Positions 9,345 to 17,709 of a stretch of 64,000 nucleotides of DNA are shown here, piece after piece (position 1 is the stretch's first letter; every line of letters starts with the position of its first letter). Both the position numbers and the translations under genes were made by a program. Source of the stretch: a bacterium CG10_46_32 (GTDB lineage Bacteria > Patescibacteriota > Patescibacteriia > UBA2169); contig MOEI01000006.1 in NCBI GenBank assembly GCA_001889965.1, forward strand, positions 17,494 through 81,493, in the 5' to 3' direction. The notes below the pieces were generated by a model, which had not been told where the DNA came from, made no database searches, and was given only the letters and a program-made list of their open reading frames with translations.

Positions 9345-10099
9345 ACAATAAAGAGGCATTGCAAAAAGCATACGAGATATTGTCGCCGTATAGCAATAAA
9401 CAGCGCTGGGAATTAAACAATAATCTTGTGCACTTGCGGTTTATAACCAAGCATATTTCAAAGGAGAGCAGTATTTTAGATGTGGGATGCGGCATTGGAA
9501 TTTTAGATATTGCACTCATACTGCTTGGATATCATGTAGCCGGCGTTGATAAGTATCTCTTTGAATCGAACAATAGTTTTAGTATTAGCGATATTGATGG
9601 ACTGAAACGTATTTGGGAATCACAGGGGCTTTCAATTTTACCAAAGGATATATTGCAGGATGATGTCCTTGAGATGTATGGTGCAGTTATCAGTATCGCA
9701 ACCATAGAGCACCAGAAAGACCCAAAGAGGTTTTTGGAGCGCATACTTGGCGTCATTAGGCCGGGCGGGTTTATCTATATTGCAACACCAAACATCAGCC
9801 ATCTACTGAATCGAATTAGATTTTTGTTTGGCATGTCGCCTATGTCTGGGCATCTACAAAATTTTTTTAATCGCGGAGAATTATACGAAGGCCATTGGCG
9901 CGAGTATACATTGGGCGAATTGCGGCAGATATTTGTGTGGGTTAGTATTTTAGTTGTTTCAAGCCGAAACGTGCAGAGTATGCGGCCTGGATTCAGGGCG
10001 TTGTCTCCGCGTTCGTGGTACGTGAGTCTGTTTCGCGTGTTGTCTTATGTTATTCTTGGAACGCGGGACACGAATATTATTATCGGAAAAAAAGATTAA
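9341..10099 (+). CDS. Class I SAM-dependent methyltransferase
   Basis: ILDVGCGIG, TIEHQKDP, IRPGG..IATPN, HWREYT. Confidence 0.9.
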   Translation: MNNKEALQKAYEILSPYSNKQRWELNNNLVHLRFITKHISKESSILDVGCGIGILDIALILLGYHVAGVDKYLFESNNSFSISDIDGLKRIWESQGLSILPKDILQDDVLEMYGAVISIATIEHQKDPKRFLERILGVIRPGGFIYIATPNISHLLNRIRFLFGMSPMSGHLQNFFNRGELYEGHWREYTLGELRQIFVWVSILVVSSRNVQSMRPGFRALSPRSWYVSLFRVLSYVILGTRDTNIIIGKKD

Positions 10100-10102
10100 T
10101 GT

Positions 10103-10915
10103 ATGGAAAATAAAAAAATACCATGCAGCGTACAAGTGCTTACTTTAAATTCAGGCGAAACTCTTTTGACGTGTTTGAAAAGTGTAAGGGATTTTGCGGA
10201 AATTGTTATTTTGGACGGAAATAGCACGGATAATACTGTTGAAATCGCCAAGGGCTATAGGACTAAGATATATCCGCAGTTCGATTCAAATGAGTCAAAT
10301 ATCCGTATTACAGATTTTGCCGCGGTACGGAACCGTGGATTGAAGATTGCGACTTATGATTGGTGCTTGATTCTTGATAGTGATGAATATTTGTCTCCAC
10401 AAGCGGCAGATGAAATTCGAGAAATTGTTGCGCGCGGCAGAGAGAACGAATATTTTATTTATAATCTTCCTCGCAAGTATGTGCTTGAAGGTAAGGAGGT
10501 GGCGAGCCTTAAGCCCACCTATCAGTTACGATTTTTTTACCGTCCGGCAACACTTGGATTTAGCAAGCGCGTGCACGAACGCATTAAGCCAAAAGAAGGC
10601 TTTGGTGTTGGCACGCTTATGTATCCCGAGTTCGTGCCCTTGGAAGACATTAAAACTTTGCGGATCAAGTGGGCGCACTATTTGGACATTGAACAGGATA
10701 AAATGCGCGATATAACCTTTGGTATGTTTTTGATTAAGGTTCGGGCAAATGTAGTTAAGTTTTTAAAATATATGCTAAAGGCCGCTTATAACACAATGCG
10801 GCATCCTCGAGCTGGGGTTCCATTTAAGTATGAATTCTATAACGCGGTGTACCATTTGCAGATAATCCATCGGCTTTTTATTAATTTAATACACAATACG
10901 CTCAAGAGAAAGTAG
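10103..10915 (+). CDS. GT2 family glycosyltransferase (WaaE/KdtX-like)
   Basis: LDGNSTDNT, FAAVRN, ILDSDE, RVHE. Confidence 0.88.
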   Translation: MENKKIPCSVQVLTLNSGETLLTCLKSVRDFAEIVILDGNSTDNTVEIAKGYRTKIYPQFDSNESNIRITDFAAVRNRGLKIATYDWCLILDSDEYLSPQAADEIREIVARGRENEYFIYNLPRKYVLEGKEVASLKPTYQLRFFYRPATLGFSKRVHERIKPKEGFGVGTLMYPEFVPLEDIKTLRIKWAHYLDIEQDKMRDITFGMFLIKVRANVVKFLKYMLKAAYNTMRHPRAGVPFKYEFYNAVYHLQIIHRLFINLIHNTLKRK

Positions 10916-10928
10916 TACAAATAAAATT

Positions 10929-11888
10929 ATGAATAGCACCAATACATCAACAGATTTAACAGCACTAGAACACTCCAAAGCTATGTATCTTGCTTTTGAA
11001 AATCCTATAACAAAATTTTTCAAAAACTTTCTGCGTGAAAACGCTTTGTTGCGAAAATACCCAAGTTTTTTGTTGCAGTATAAATTTATGGCGTTTTTTC
11101 ATCACATGCTGTTTCCTTTTATGTATATTAAAAAAGGCGACACATGCGTGCAAGTAGGGTGCGCGGAGTGGATGCTTGATTTTGGAGTTTCCATGCCATT
11201 AATAATGTCGGCTATTGTTGGTGAGAGAGGCAGAGTGATTGTGGTTGAGCCGGACCAGCGGAATATCGAGGCACTGCGCTCGTACATGAAAAAAAACTAC
11301 ATACACAACATCACTATTGTTCCAAAAGCGGCATGGAGAGAAAAAACAACCAATCAATTTACCTTTTACGAAGACCGTTCCAGCACGAACATCATTACCG
11401 AGGTGGAGGAATCCGTGCCATGGAAAAACGATCCACAGTACCAAGGCCGCAAAAAGCGTATTGAAACCATTGAAATGGATACCATTGATAATATCATTCA
11501 AGAACTCGGCATTACACCTGATTTTGTGAATTTAACCATTAATTCCGCTGAATTTGATGTTATACATGGAATGACGGAGGTTATCCGGAAAGGTGTTATA
11601 GTGGCATGGCTCTTTGGGGATCGACCGTGGTGGCGGGAGGCGATTGATTATTTTAGAGTCAAGAACTACAGCATTATCGCCTGCGATTCCGCATATTCCC
11701 ACCGCGCTCCCACGGTTAATGGACGGGTGAGGATGTATTCGCATAAAGAGATCAGTGGCTTGTTTGATATCATGCATGCTGTTGCCATGCCGAGCGTTGG
11801 TAGGGTTCCTGACCATAGGGAATTTCCGGCAATATTGTACAAACGTAAGGATTTTGACTTTTTTGTGCAAAAAATTGACACCTTTTGA
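10929..11888 (+). CDS. FkbM family methyltransferase
   Basis: GDTCVQVG, VGERGRVIVVEP, TIDNII, DFVNLTINSAE. Confidence 0.75.
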   Translation: MNSTNTSTDLTALEHSKAMYLAFENPITKFFKNFLRENALLRKYPSFLLQYKFMAFFHHMLFPFMYIKKGDTCVQVGCAEWMLDFGVSMPLIMSAIVGERGRVIVVEPDQRNIEALRSYMKKNYIHNITIVPKAAWREKTTNQFTFYEDRSSTNIITEVEESVPWKNDPQYQGRKKRIETIEMDTIDNIIQELGITPDFVNLTINSAEFDVIHGMTEVIRKGVIVAWLFGDRPWWREAIDYFRVKNYSIIACDSAYSHRAPTVNGRVRMYSHKEISGLFDIMHAVAMPSVGRVPDHREFPAILYKRKDFDFFVQKIDTF

Positions 11889-11904
11889 CACTTTCTGACA
11901 CTTT
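11875..11904 (+). repeat. Three tandem 10-bp direct repeats (yTGACACyTT)
   Basis: ttgacacctt ttgacacttt ctgacacttt, exact 10-bp period. Confidence 0.85.
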
Positions 11905-11913
11905 TGCTATAGT
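11885..11913 (+). promoter_or_regulatory. Sigma70-type promoter with extended -10
   Basis: TTGACA (11885-11890), 17-bp spacer, TG-c-TATAGT (-10 at 11908-11913), 27 bp upstream of ATG 11940. Confidence 0.8.
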
Positions 11914-11929
11914 AAAGGCATATTATAAC

Positions 11930-11938
11930 TTATCCACA
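11930..11938 (+). promoter_or_regulatory. Consensus DnaA box
   Basis: TTATCCACA, 9/9 match, ending 1 nt before the HTH start codon. Confidence 0.4.
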
Positions 11939-11939
11939 T

Positions 11940-12194
11940 ATGCCTCAAGAAATCAAGGAAAATGCGGTTTATACGACGCATGAAGCACAAGATTTGCTTA
12001 AAATTAGCGATAGTACGGTAAAACGGCTCTTAAAGCGGGGAGTTTTGCGCGCAAATAAGGTTGGGGGTCAGTACCGGATTTTAGGCAAGGAGATATTAAG
12101 GATTATCTCCCCAGAGCTGGAAAAACAGTCAGAAGATGTATACTTAAAAATCAAAAAGCGGGCGGTTGATGTTATCAATAAATGGCCGCAATAA
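11940..12194 (+). CDS. Excisionase/BldC-like (HTH_17) DNA-binding protein
   Basis: VYTTHEAQDLLKISDSTVKRLLKRGVLRANKVGGQYRI is a winged HTH_17 pattern. Confidence 0.88.
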   Translation: MPQEIKENAVYTTHEAQDLLKISDSTVKRLLKRGVLRANKVGGQYRILGKEILRIISPELEKQSEDVYLKIKKRAVDVINKWPQ

Positions 12195-12195
12195 T

Positions 12196-13356
12196 ATGCG
12201 TCTGCTTTACATTACTAACGCAAGAATGCCCACTGAAAAAGCGCATGGTTGGCAGATTGTAAAGATGTGCGAGGCATTTGCCAAAGCAGGTGCATATGTT
12301 GAGTTGTTTGTGCCTAAGCGGCGCAATCATATTAAAGAAGACGCGTTTTCCTACTACGGAATTGAAAAAAGATTCAATATACAGTACCTACCGTGCCTTG
12401 ATTTGGTCAGATTCGGAAAGTTGGGTTTTTACGTTCAGGTTTTTACGTTCACCGTATCGGCAGTCTTGGTTTCGCTGTTTAAAAAATCAGATGCAATCTA
12501 CTCCCGTGATGAAGTATTTTCCTGGGCGGAAAGCTTTTTCCGGAAGAACGTTTTTTACGAAATGCATGATTATCCGCGGAGCCATGGTTGGCTCTATAAG
12601 GGGCTGTTTAAAAGGGTTGCAAAGATCGTTTCAACGAACCAGATAAAAAAGAATCAATTAATGAAAGAGTTTGGTGTTCCTGAAGAAAAGATCATTGTTG
12701 CATCAAACGGGATTGATCTTGCTAACTTTACACCGGCATCAAAAGAGAGTTTGAGAAATAAATTTCCATTTCAGACCGCTACTATTCCTCAACATAAAAA
12801 GATTGTTAGTTATATTGGAAATAAAACATTTGGTCAACCTAAAGGTGAGGCTCGTCTGGTTGAGGCTTTTTCTCAATTATCTAAAAAACGAGACGACATT
12901 TTTTTCTTACTGACTGTCATTAATCACCGCGAATTTAAAGAGGTTGAAAGTATTTTTCAGAAGCATAGTGTCCCGCATTCGTCATATTGGATTCAAGCTC
13001 ATGCTCCTCGTCCGGTGGCCCATATGCTAATGCAATTATCTGATGTTCTAGTTATGAATTATCCAAATACAGAGCATTATGCACAGTTTATGAGTCCAAT
13101 CAAAATGTTTGAATACATGGCAAGCGGTACGCCGATTGTATCGTCCGATTTGCCGAGTATTCGCGAGGTGTTGAATGAAAATAATGCGGTATTGGTTGAG
13201 CCAGGTAATACGGAAGCTCTGGCAGCGGGTATCAACAAAGTGTTAAACGATGAAGCATTTGCAAAAAGGATTGCAGCACAAGCACAGGAAGATGTAAAAA
13301 AATATGGTTGGAACAAGCGGGCGAAAGCGTTGATTAGTATGATGCACGCGATATGA
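12196..13356 (+). CDS. GT4 family glycosyltransferase
   Basis: Start ATG 12196 (MRLLYIT); SNGID, SPIKMFEYMASGTPIVSSDLP. Confidence 0.9.
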   Translation: MRLLYITNARMPTEKAHGWQIVKMCEAFAKAGAYVELFVPKRRNHIKEDAFSYYGIEKRFNIQYLPCLDLVRFGKLGFYVQVFTFTVSAVLVSLFKKSDAIYSRDEVFSWAESFFRKNVFYEMHDYPRSHGWLYKGLFKRVAKIVSTNQIKKNQLMKEFGVPEEKIIVASNGIDLANFTPASKESLRNKFPFQTATIPQHKKIVSYIGNKTFGQPKGEARLVEAFSQLSKKRDDIFFLLTVINHREFKEVESIFQKHSVPHSSYWIQAHAPRPVAHMLMQLSDVLVMNYPNTEHYAQFMSPIKMFEYMASGTPIVSSDLPSIREVLNENNAVLVEPGNTEALAAGINKVLNDEAFAKRIAAQAQEDVKKYGWNKRAKALISMMHAI

Positions 13357-14117
13357 AATACGCTTTAGTAAATATAATCTCTACATTACTTGATGTTCTT
13401 TTTTTTCAAAAGCGTTTGTCGGGTATTCCAGTGCTTATGTATCACGCAATCGGGGATGCTGATTCAAAGGTATATATCCCTGTAAAGGCCTTTAAAGAAC
13501 AGATGGAATTTTTGGCAAAGCAGGGGTATCACAGCATGTTGCCGAATGCACTTGAGAATGTTGCGCCACGGGAAAAGTTTTTTTTAATCACGTTTGACGA
13601 TGGATTCAAATCAGTACGCGACGTTGCACTTCCTATTCTTGAGCAGTACGGATTCAAAGCCACGGTGTTCGTCACAACAGATTATATTGGTAAAACAAGC
13701 GAATACGCGAAATCAGAATCAGATAAACAGTTCGGACTTATGGATGAAAACGATCTACAGATGCTTGCGGAATCTGGGTGGTGCGTTGCGAACCATTTTG
13801 CATCCCATAAAAATCTTACCGAGCTTTCGATGGATGGCGTTCTGGGAGAATATAAAAAAGCATGTGCAGTACTCGAAGCAATGGGGCTTGGTAAGGATAA
13901 GAATATTGTTGCATACCCATTTAATCGGCACAGTCAACATGTTGTAGACGTGTTAAAAAAAGCAGGCGCAGCCATGGGATTCAATGGCAACAATCAGCTT
14001 CATTCTGCATCAGAACATCCGCTCGTAATTTCGCGCATTGAAGCCGATGGGAATATCGTAAAGTTTAAACTTAATTTTTCACCTTCATTCAATCGCATCA
14101 AACAGTATGTCCGATAA
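13353..14117 (+). CDS. Polysaccharide deacetylase (CE4/NodB)
   Basis: PVLMYH, ITFDDG, KATVFV, NHFASH, AYPF. Confidence 0.88.
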   Translation: MKYALVNIISTLLDVLFFQKRLSGIPVLMYHAIGDADSKVYIPVKAFKEQMEFLAKQGYHSMLPNALENVAPREKFFLITFDDGFKSVRDVALPILEQYGFKATVFVTTDYIGKTSEYAKSESDKQFGLMDENDLQMLAESGWCVANHFASHKNLTELSMDGVLGEYKKACAVLEAMGLGKDKNIVAYPFNRHSQHVVDVLKKAGAAMGFNGNNQLHSASEHPLVISRIEADGNIVKFKLNFSPSFNRIKQYVR

Positions 14118-14730
14118 CCAGAAAAACAAGTACTACGACTTTCTCTACGAACCCTTGCCAAGGTGGTCGAGTTACTGGTACCAGATACATGAGGTGCTCT
14201 CACGCAATCCGAAGACGGTTTTGGAAGTGGGTGTGGGAAACCATGTGGTAACAGAGTATTTAAAACATGCCGGAGTTTCTGTAACCACGCTGGATGTAGA
14301 AAAAAAGCTCGCGCCGGATGTGGTCGCGTCGGTCACCGCCATACCCCTTGCGGACGCAAGCCATGATGTGGTTCTTGCAGCCGAAGTTCTAGAGCATCTT
14401 CCGTTCGAAGATTTTTCAAAAGCGCTTGCAGAAATCAATCGCGTCACAAAACAGCATGCCGTTATTTCTTTGCCACACTGGGGGTCAGTCATTGCTGGCA
14501 CGCTTAAAGTTCCAATGTTTCCGTGGCTGCGGTTTGTGTGGAAACTTAAGGGGTTTAAGCGCCATATACTGTCCCAAAATGGGCACTATTGGGAAATCGG
14601 AAAAGCCGGATATCCGCTCGGCCGCGTCAAGCGTGAAATGCACAAAGCAGGTTTTGAAATCATTAAAGATTATGTCATTATAGAGTATCCGTACCACCAC
14701 TTTTTTATTTTAAAGAAGCAAGCAGTATGA
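14107..14730 (+). CDS. Class I SAM-dependent methyltransferase
   Basis: VLEVGVG, DVVLAAEVLEHLPF, HYWEIG. Confidence 0.85.
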   Translation: MSDNQKNKYYDFLYEPLPRWSSYWYQIHEVLSRNPKTVLEVGVGNHVVTEYLKHAGVSVTTLDVEKKLAPDVVASVTAIPLADASHDVVLAAEVLEHLPFEDFSKALAEINRVTKQHAVISLPHWGSVIAGTLKVPMFPWLRFVWKLKGFKRHILSQNGHYWEIGKAGYPLGRVKREMHKAGFEIIKDYVIIEYPYHHFFILKKQAV

Positions 14731-16379
14731 ACATAGTAGGTATCAATCAAATTCCAGGCATGCTCTCTTGGACGCACGACAGCTCTTCTGCGCTTGTTGC
14801 GAATGGGAAGATTGTGGCAGCCGCAGAAGAAGAGCGGTTCAGCCGCTTGCGTCACCACAGGGGGTATCCACACCAGTCGTCTGCGTTTTGCCTTACACAA
14901 GGCAAGATTAATCTTAAAGATGTGGATTATATCGGGGTTCCGTACAATCCGTACGCATTTTTAAAGCATCCAAACTTACGACTAGAATCAATCGCCCGTA
15001 ATTTGTTTAATATGGCTGCGTGCTGGCACTATGCGCGGCGTATGCGCAAAGAGGCGGGGGCAAGGACTATATTTGTTCCTCATCATGTAGCCCATGCCGC
15101 AAGCGCATTTTATGGCTCTGGTTTTGAAAAGGCGAATATTTTAACAGTGGATGGATCTGGAGAAACCGAGAGTTTTGCGTTTTTTGTGGGTGATTCAAAC
15201 GGCATTCGTCGAGTATGGGATATTCCGCTTTCTGGATTCTTTAGTGGTGGCAAGTGGCGTTCAATTGGGCTTATTTATACTAGCGTTACTTCACTTTTGA
15301 ATCTTGGGGTAAATGGAGAAGGAAAAACTATGGGCTTAGCAAGCTATGGTAAGCCTGAGTATGATTTTTCAGACATCCTCAATATTCAATCTCATACCAA
15401 CTACCGCATTGACCGAAGGCGGCTGCTTGAGCGGTATGGGCATTTGCAACGCAAAGAAAGTGAGTCGCTCACACAAGAGCATAAGAATCTTGCCGCAAGC
15501 TTGCAGCACGCTTTGGAGCGCTCCATTGTTAATCTCGCACATGAAGCGTTTCAGTATAACGGCATTAAAAACTTTTGTTTGGCCGGAGGTGTTACGTTGA
15601 ATTGCAATACGAACAGTGAAATATTAAAACAGGATTTCTGCGATGCGCTTTTTATTCAGCCCGCGGCAAACGACGGCGGCATCGCGTTGGGCGCGGCGCT
15701 CGAGGTTGCGGCGCGCAAGGGAGAGCCTGCGACAGATGCGCTTGAAAACGCATATCTAGGTCCGGAATTTTCCAACGAAGCAATTGAAGCGGTATTGAGC
15801 GGAGCAAAGGTCAAGTATCACAAGGAGGATACTATTGCCCAGGCGGCGGCTCGCCTCATTAACGAAGGCAAGATTGTGGCCTGGTTCCAAGGCAGGATGG
15901 AAATGGGTCCGCGCGCTTTAGGCAACCGCTCTATTCTTGCGGATCCATCCGTTCTAGGAATGGATGAGAAAATTAATACATTTGTAAAACATCGAGAATC
16001 ATGGCGGCCGTTTGCACCTTCGGTTATCGAAGAAGCTGCGCCTACGTATTTTGAAGGCGTGGAAAAAGCAAGCAAGAAGAGCCCCTACATGCTGCACACA
16101 TTTTACGTTAAAGAAGAATACAGCAGCGCATTTCCAGCGATTACGCATGTGGATGGCTCCAGCCGCATCCAGACTGTACGCAGGGACCAGAACGAACGGT
16201 ATTATGATTTGCTCAAAGCGCTTGAAGCAATCAATGGGCATCCTATGGTGCTTAACACGTCCTTTAATGATAAGGGTGAGCCAATTGTATGCACGCCCCA
16301 GGATGCGTTGCGATGTTTTTTTGCGACTGGTATGGATGCGCTTGCTATTGGAGATTTTATCGTAGAAAAATCATCATAA
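14727..16379 (+). CDS. O-carbamoyltransferase (NodU/CmcH family)
   Basis: HDSS, EEERFSR, HHVAHAASAF, VDGSGE, EGKTMGLASYG, GGVTLN, EMGPRALGNRS, RPFAP, NTSFN. Confidence 0.93.
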   Translation: MNIVGINQIPGMLSWTHDSSSALVANGKIVAAAEEERFSRLRHHRGYPHQSSAFCLTQGKINLKDVDYIGVPYNPYAFLKHPNLRLESIARNLFNMAACWHYARRMRKEAGARTIFVPHHVAHAASAFYGSGFEKANILTVDGSGETESFAFFVGDSNGIRRVWDIPLSGFFSGGKWRSIGLIYTSVTSLLNLGVNGEGKTMGLASYGKPEYDFSDILNIQSHTNYRIDRRRLLERYGHLQRKESESLTQEHKNLAASLQHALERSIVNLAHEAFQYNGIKNFCLAGGVTLNCNTNSEILKQDFCDALFIQPAANDGGIALGAALEVAARKGEPATDALENAYLGPEFSNEAIEAVLSGAKVKYHKEDTIAQAAARLINEGKIVAWFQGRMEMGPRALGNRSILADPSVLGMDEKINTFVKHRESWRPFAPSVIEEAAPTYFEGVEKASKKSPYMLHTFYVKEEYSSAFPAITHVDGSSRIQTVRRDQNERYYDLLKALEAINGHPMVLNTSFNDKGEPIVCTPQDALRCFFATGMDALAIGDFIVEKSS

Positions 16380-16385
16380 TTATAT

Positions 16386-17132
16386 ATGTCTTCACCTACA
16401 GCATCAAACCAAGAAATTAAGGAATTGTATGAGCGTTCCATCGCGGAAAAATATCAGAACGATTACGAGTTTCGCCGTTGGTTTTTAACTGACCGGTTGC
16501 GTTTGGATTATTTTATGACGCGCACTGCCATTGCGCACCATTTGCAAGGGGTCATGTTTTCTTCGTGTCTTGAGTTTGGGCCGGGTTCGGGCATTTTTAC
16601 GGCAACCGCGTATCGCCGTAACCCAAGCGCGCGTTTTGACCTCATCGATATTTCTGAGGCAATGAAAAAACAGTTTGTACTGGAAATGCGTCCTATTCCT
16701 AATGTGAGTTATATGATTGGGGATATTATGGAGCACGATTTTGGAGACAGCACCTATGATTTGTTTTACAGCGTGCGCGCGGTTGAGTATGTGGACGACC
16801 AAGAAGGATTTTTTAAGAAGGTGCATGGATTGCTCAATGCAGGAGGCCATGGAGTTATTGTAACCAAGAACCCTCATTACGGATCTGCGGAGCGGGGTGA
16901 GAGTACGCGGAGTCAGCATCGCGGCAAATTGGGGGTTAATCAAACAGAGCAGCTTTTGGCTGAGGTCGGCTTTAAGAATATCCAGATCTATCCGGTTATT
17001 ATCCGTTTGCCAATTATTGAGCGGCTCACGCTTCGGTTTACAGAAAAGTATTTCCAGCGCGCGTACCAAAAGCCGTTTAACAAAAATATGTCGCGATTTG
17101 TGGAAAGTTATATTGTCATTTTTGAGAAATAG
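16386..17132 (+). CDS. Class I SAM-dependent methyltransferase
   Basis: LEFGPGSG, IDISEAM, YDLFYS, LNAGG. Confidence 0.85.
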   Translation: MSSPTASNQEIKELYERSIAEKYQNDYEFRRWFLTDRLRLDYFMTRTAIAHHLQGVMFSSCLEFGPGSGIFTATAYRRNPSARFDLIDISEAMKKQFVLEMRPIPNVSYMIGDIMEHDFGDSTYDLFYSVRAVEYVDDQEGFFKKVHGLLNAGGHGVIVTKNPHYGSAERGESTRSQHRGKLGVNQTEQLLAEVGFKNIQIYPVIIRLPIIERLTLRFTEKYFQRAYQKPFNKNMSRFVESYIVIFEK

Positions 17133-17133
17133 T

Positions 17134-17709
17134 ATGATACACGAATTTATTGGCCTTCCTGGGGCCGGAAAAAGTTATATGGCGAATCAGATTGCACAAT
17201 CTAAAGGAATTGTAGGAGTTGAGATCAAAAACACTAAAGAACGTTTGGCGCGCTCGTTGTTGTTTTTTATTAGCCATCCTTTTTTTTCGGCACGGCTGTT
17301 GGCGATATTTATACAAGAGAATTATAAAAATTCAAAACTGCTTAAACATAAGTTTGCCACCATTGTGTTAGAAATTATGGCACGCGAACAAAAGGTGAAA
17401 CAAGGGGAGATGATTGAAACAGGATTTTTTCAGCTTTTGCTTTCGATCTACGAAAGAGAAATCAGCGAAAAAGATGTTGCCTCTCTATTTTACTGGCTCA
17501 AAAAGCGGGATTACATGGTATATATTGTTGAAGCGAGTAGGGAAATCCGTGAAAAACGCATACAAGAACGAGGCCGCATTCCGCGCGGTGGAGTGGTTAC
17601 AGATACTTCTAAGCTTGTGGCATGGTTTGGACTGTTGGAGCATAATTTTGAAACCGTCAAACAAGGAATTATAAAAGATTTTTTATATGAACGTATTCAA
17701 AACAATTAA
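17134..17709 (+). CDS. P-loop nucleotide/sugar kinase-like protein
   Basis: Start reassigned to ATG 17134; Walker A GLPGAGKS; lid-like RIQERGR. Confidence 0.65.
   Translation: MIHEFIGLPGAGKSYMANQIAQSKGIVGVEIKNTKERLARSLLFFISHPFFSARLLAIFIQENYKNSKLLKHKFATIVLEIMAREQKVKQGEMIETGFFQLLLSIYEREISEKDVASLFYWLKKRDYMVYIVEASREIREKRIQERGRIPRGGVVTDTSKLVAWFGLLEHNFETVKQGIIKDFLYERIQNN

Noticed and set aside
11875-11904. CRISPR array or iteron origin
   Set aside because: Only three 10-bp abutting repeats; no spacers, cas or rep gene
11940-12194. Prophage or ICE excisionase marking a mobile element
   Set aside because: No integrase, att-like repeats, tRNA or phage genes in the window
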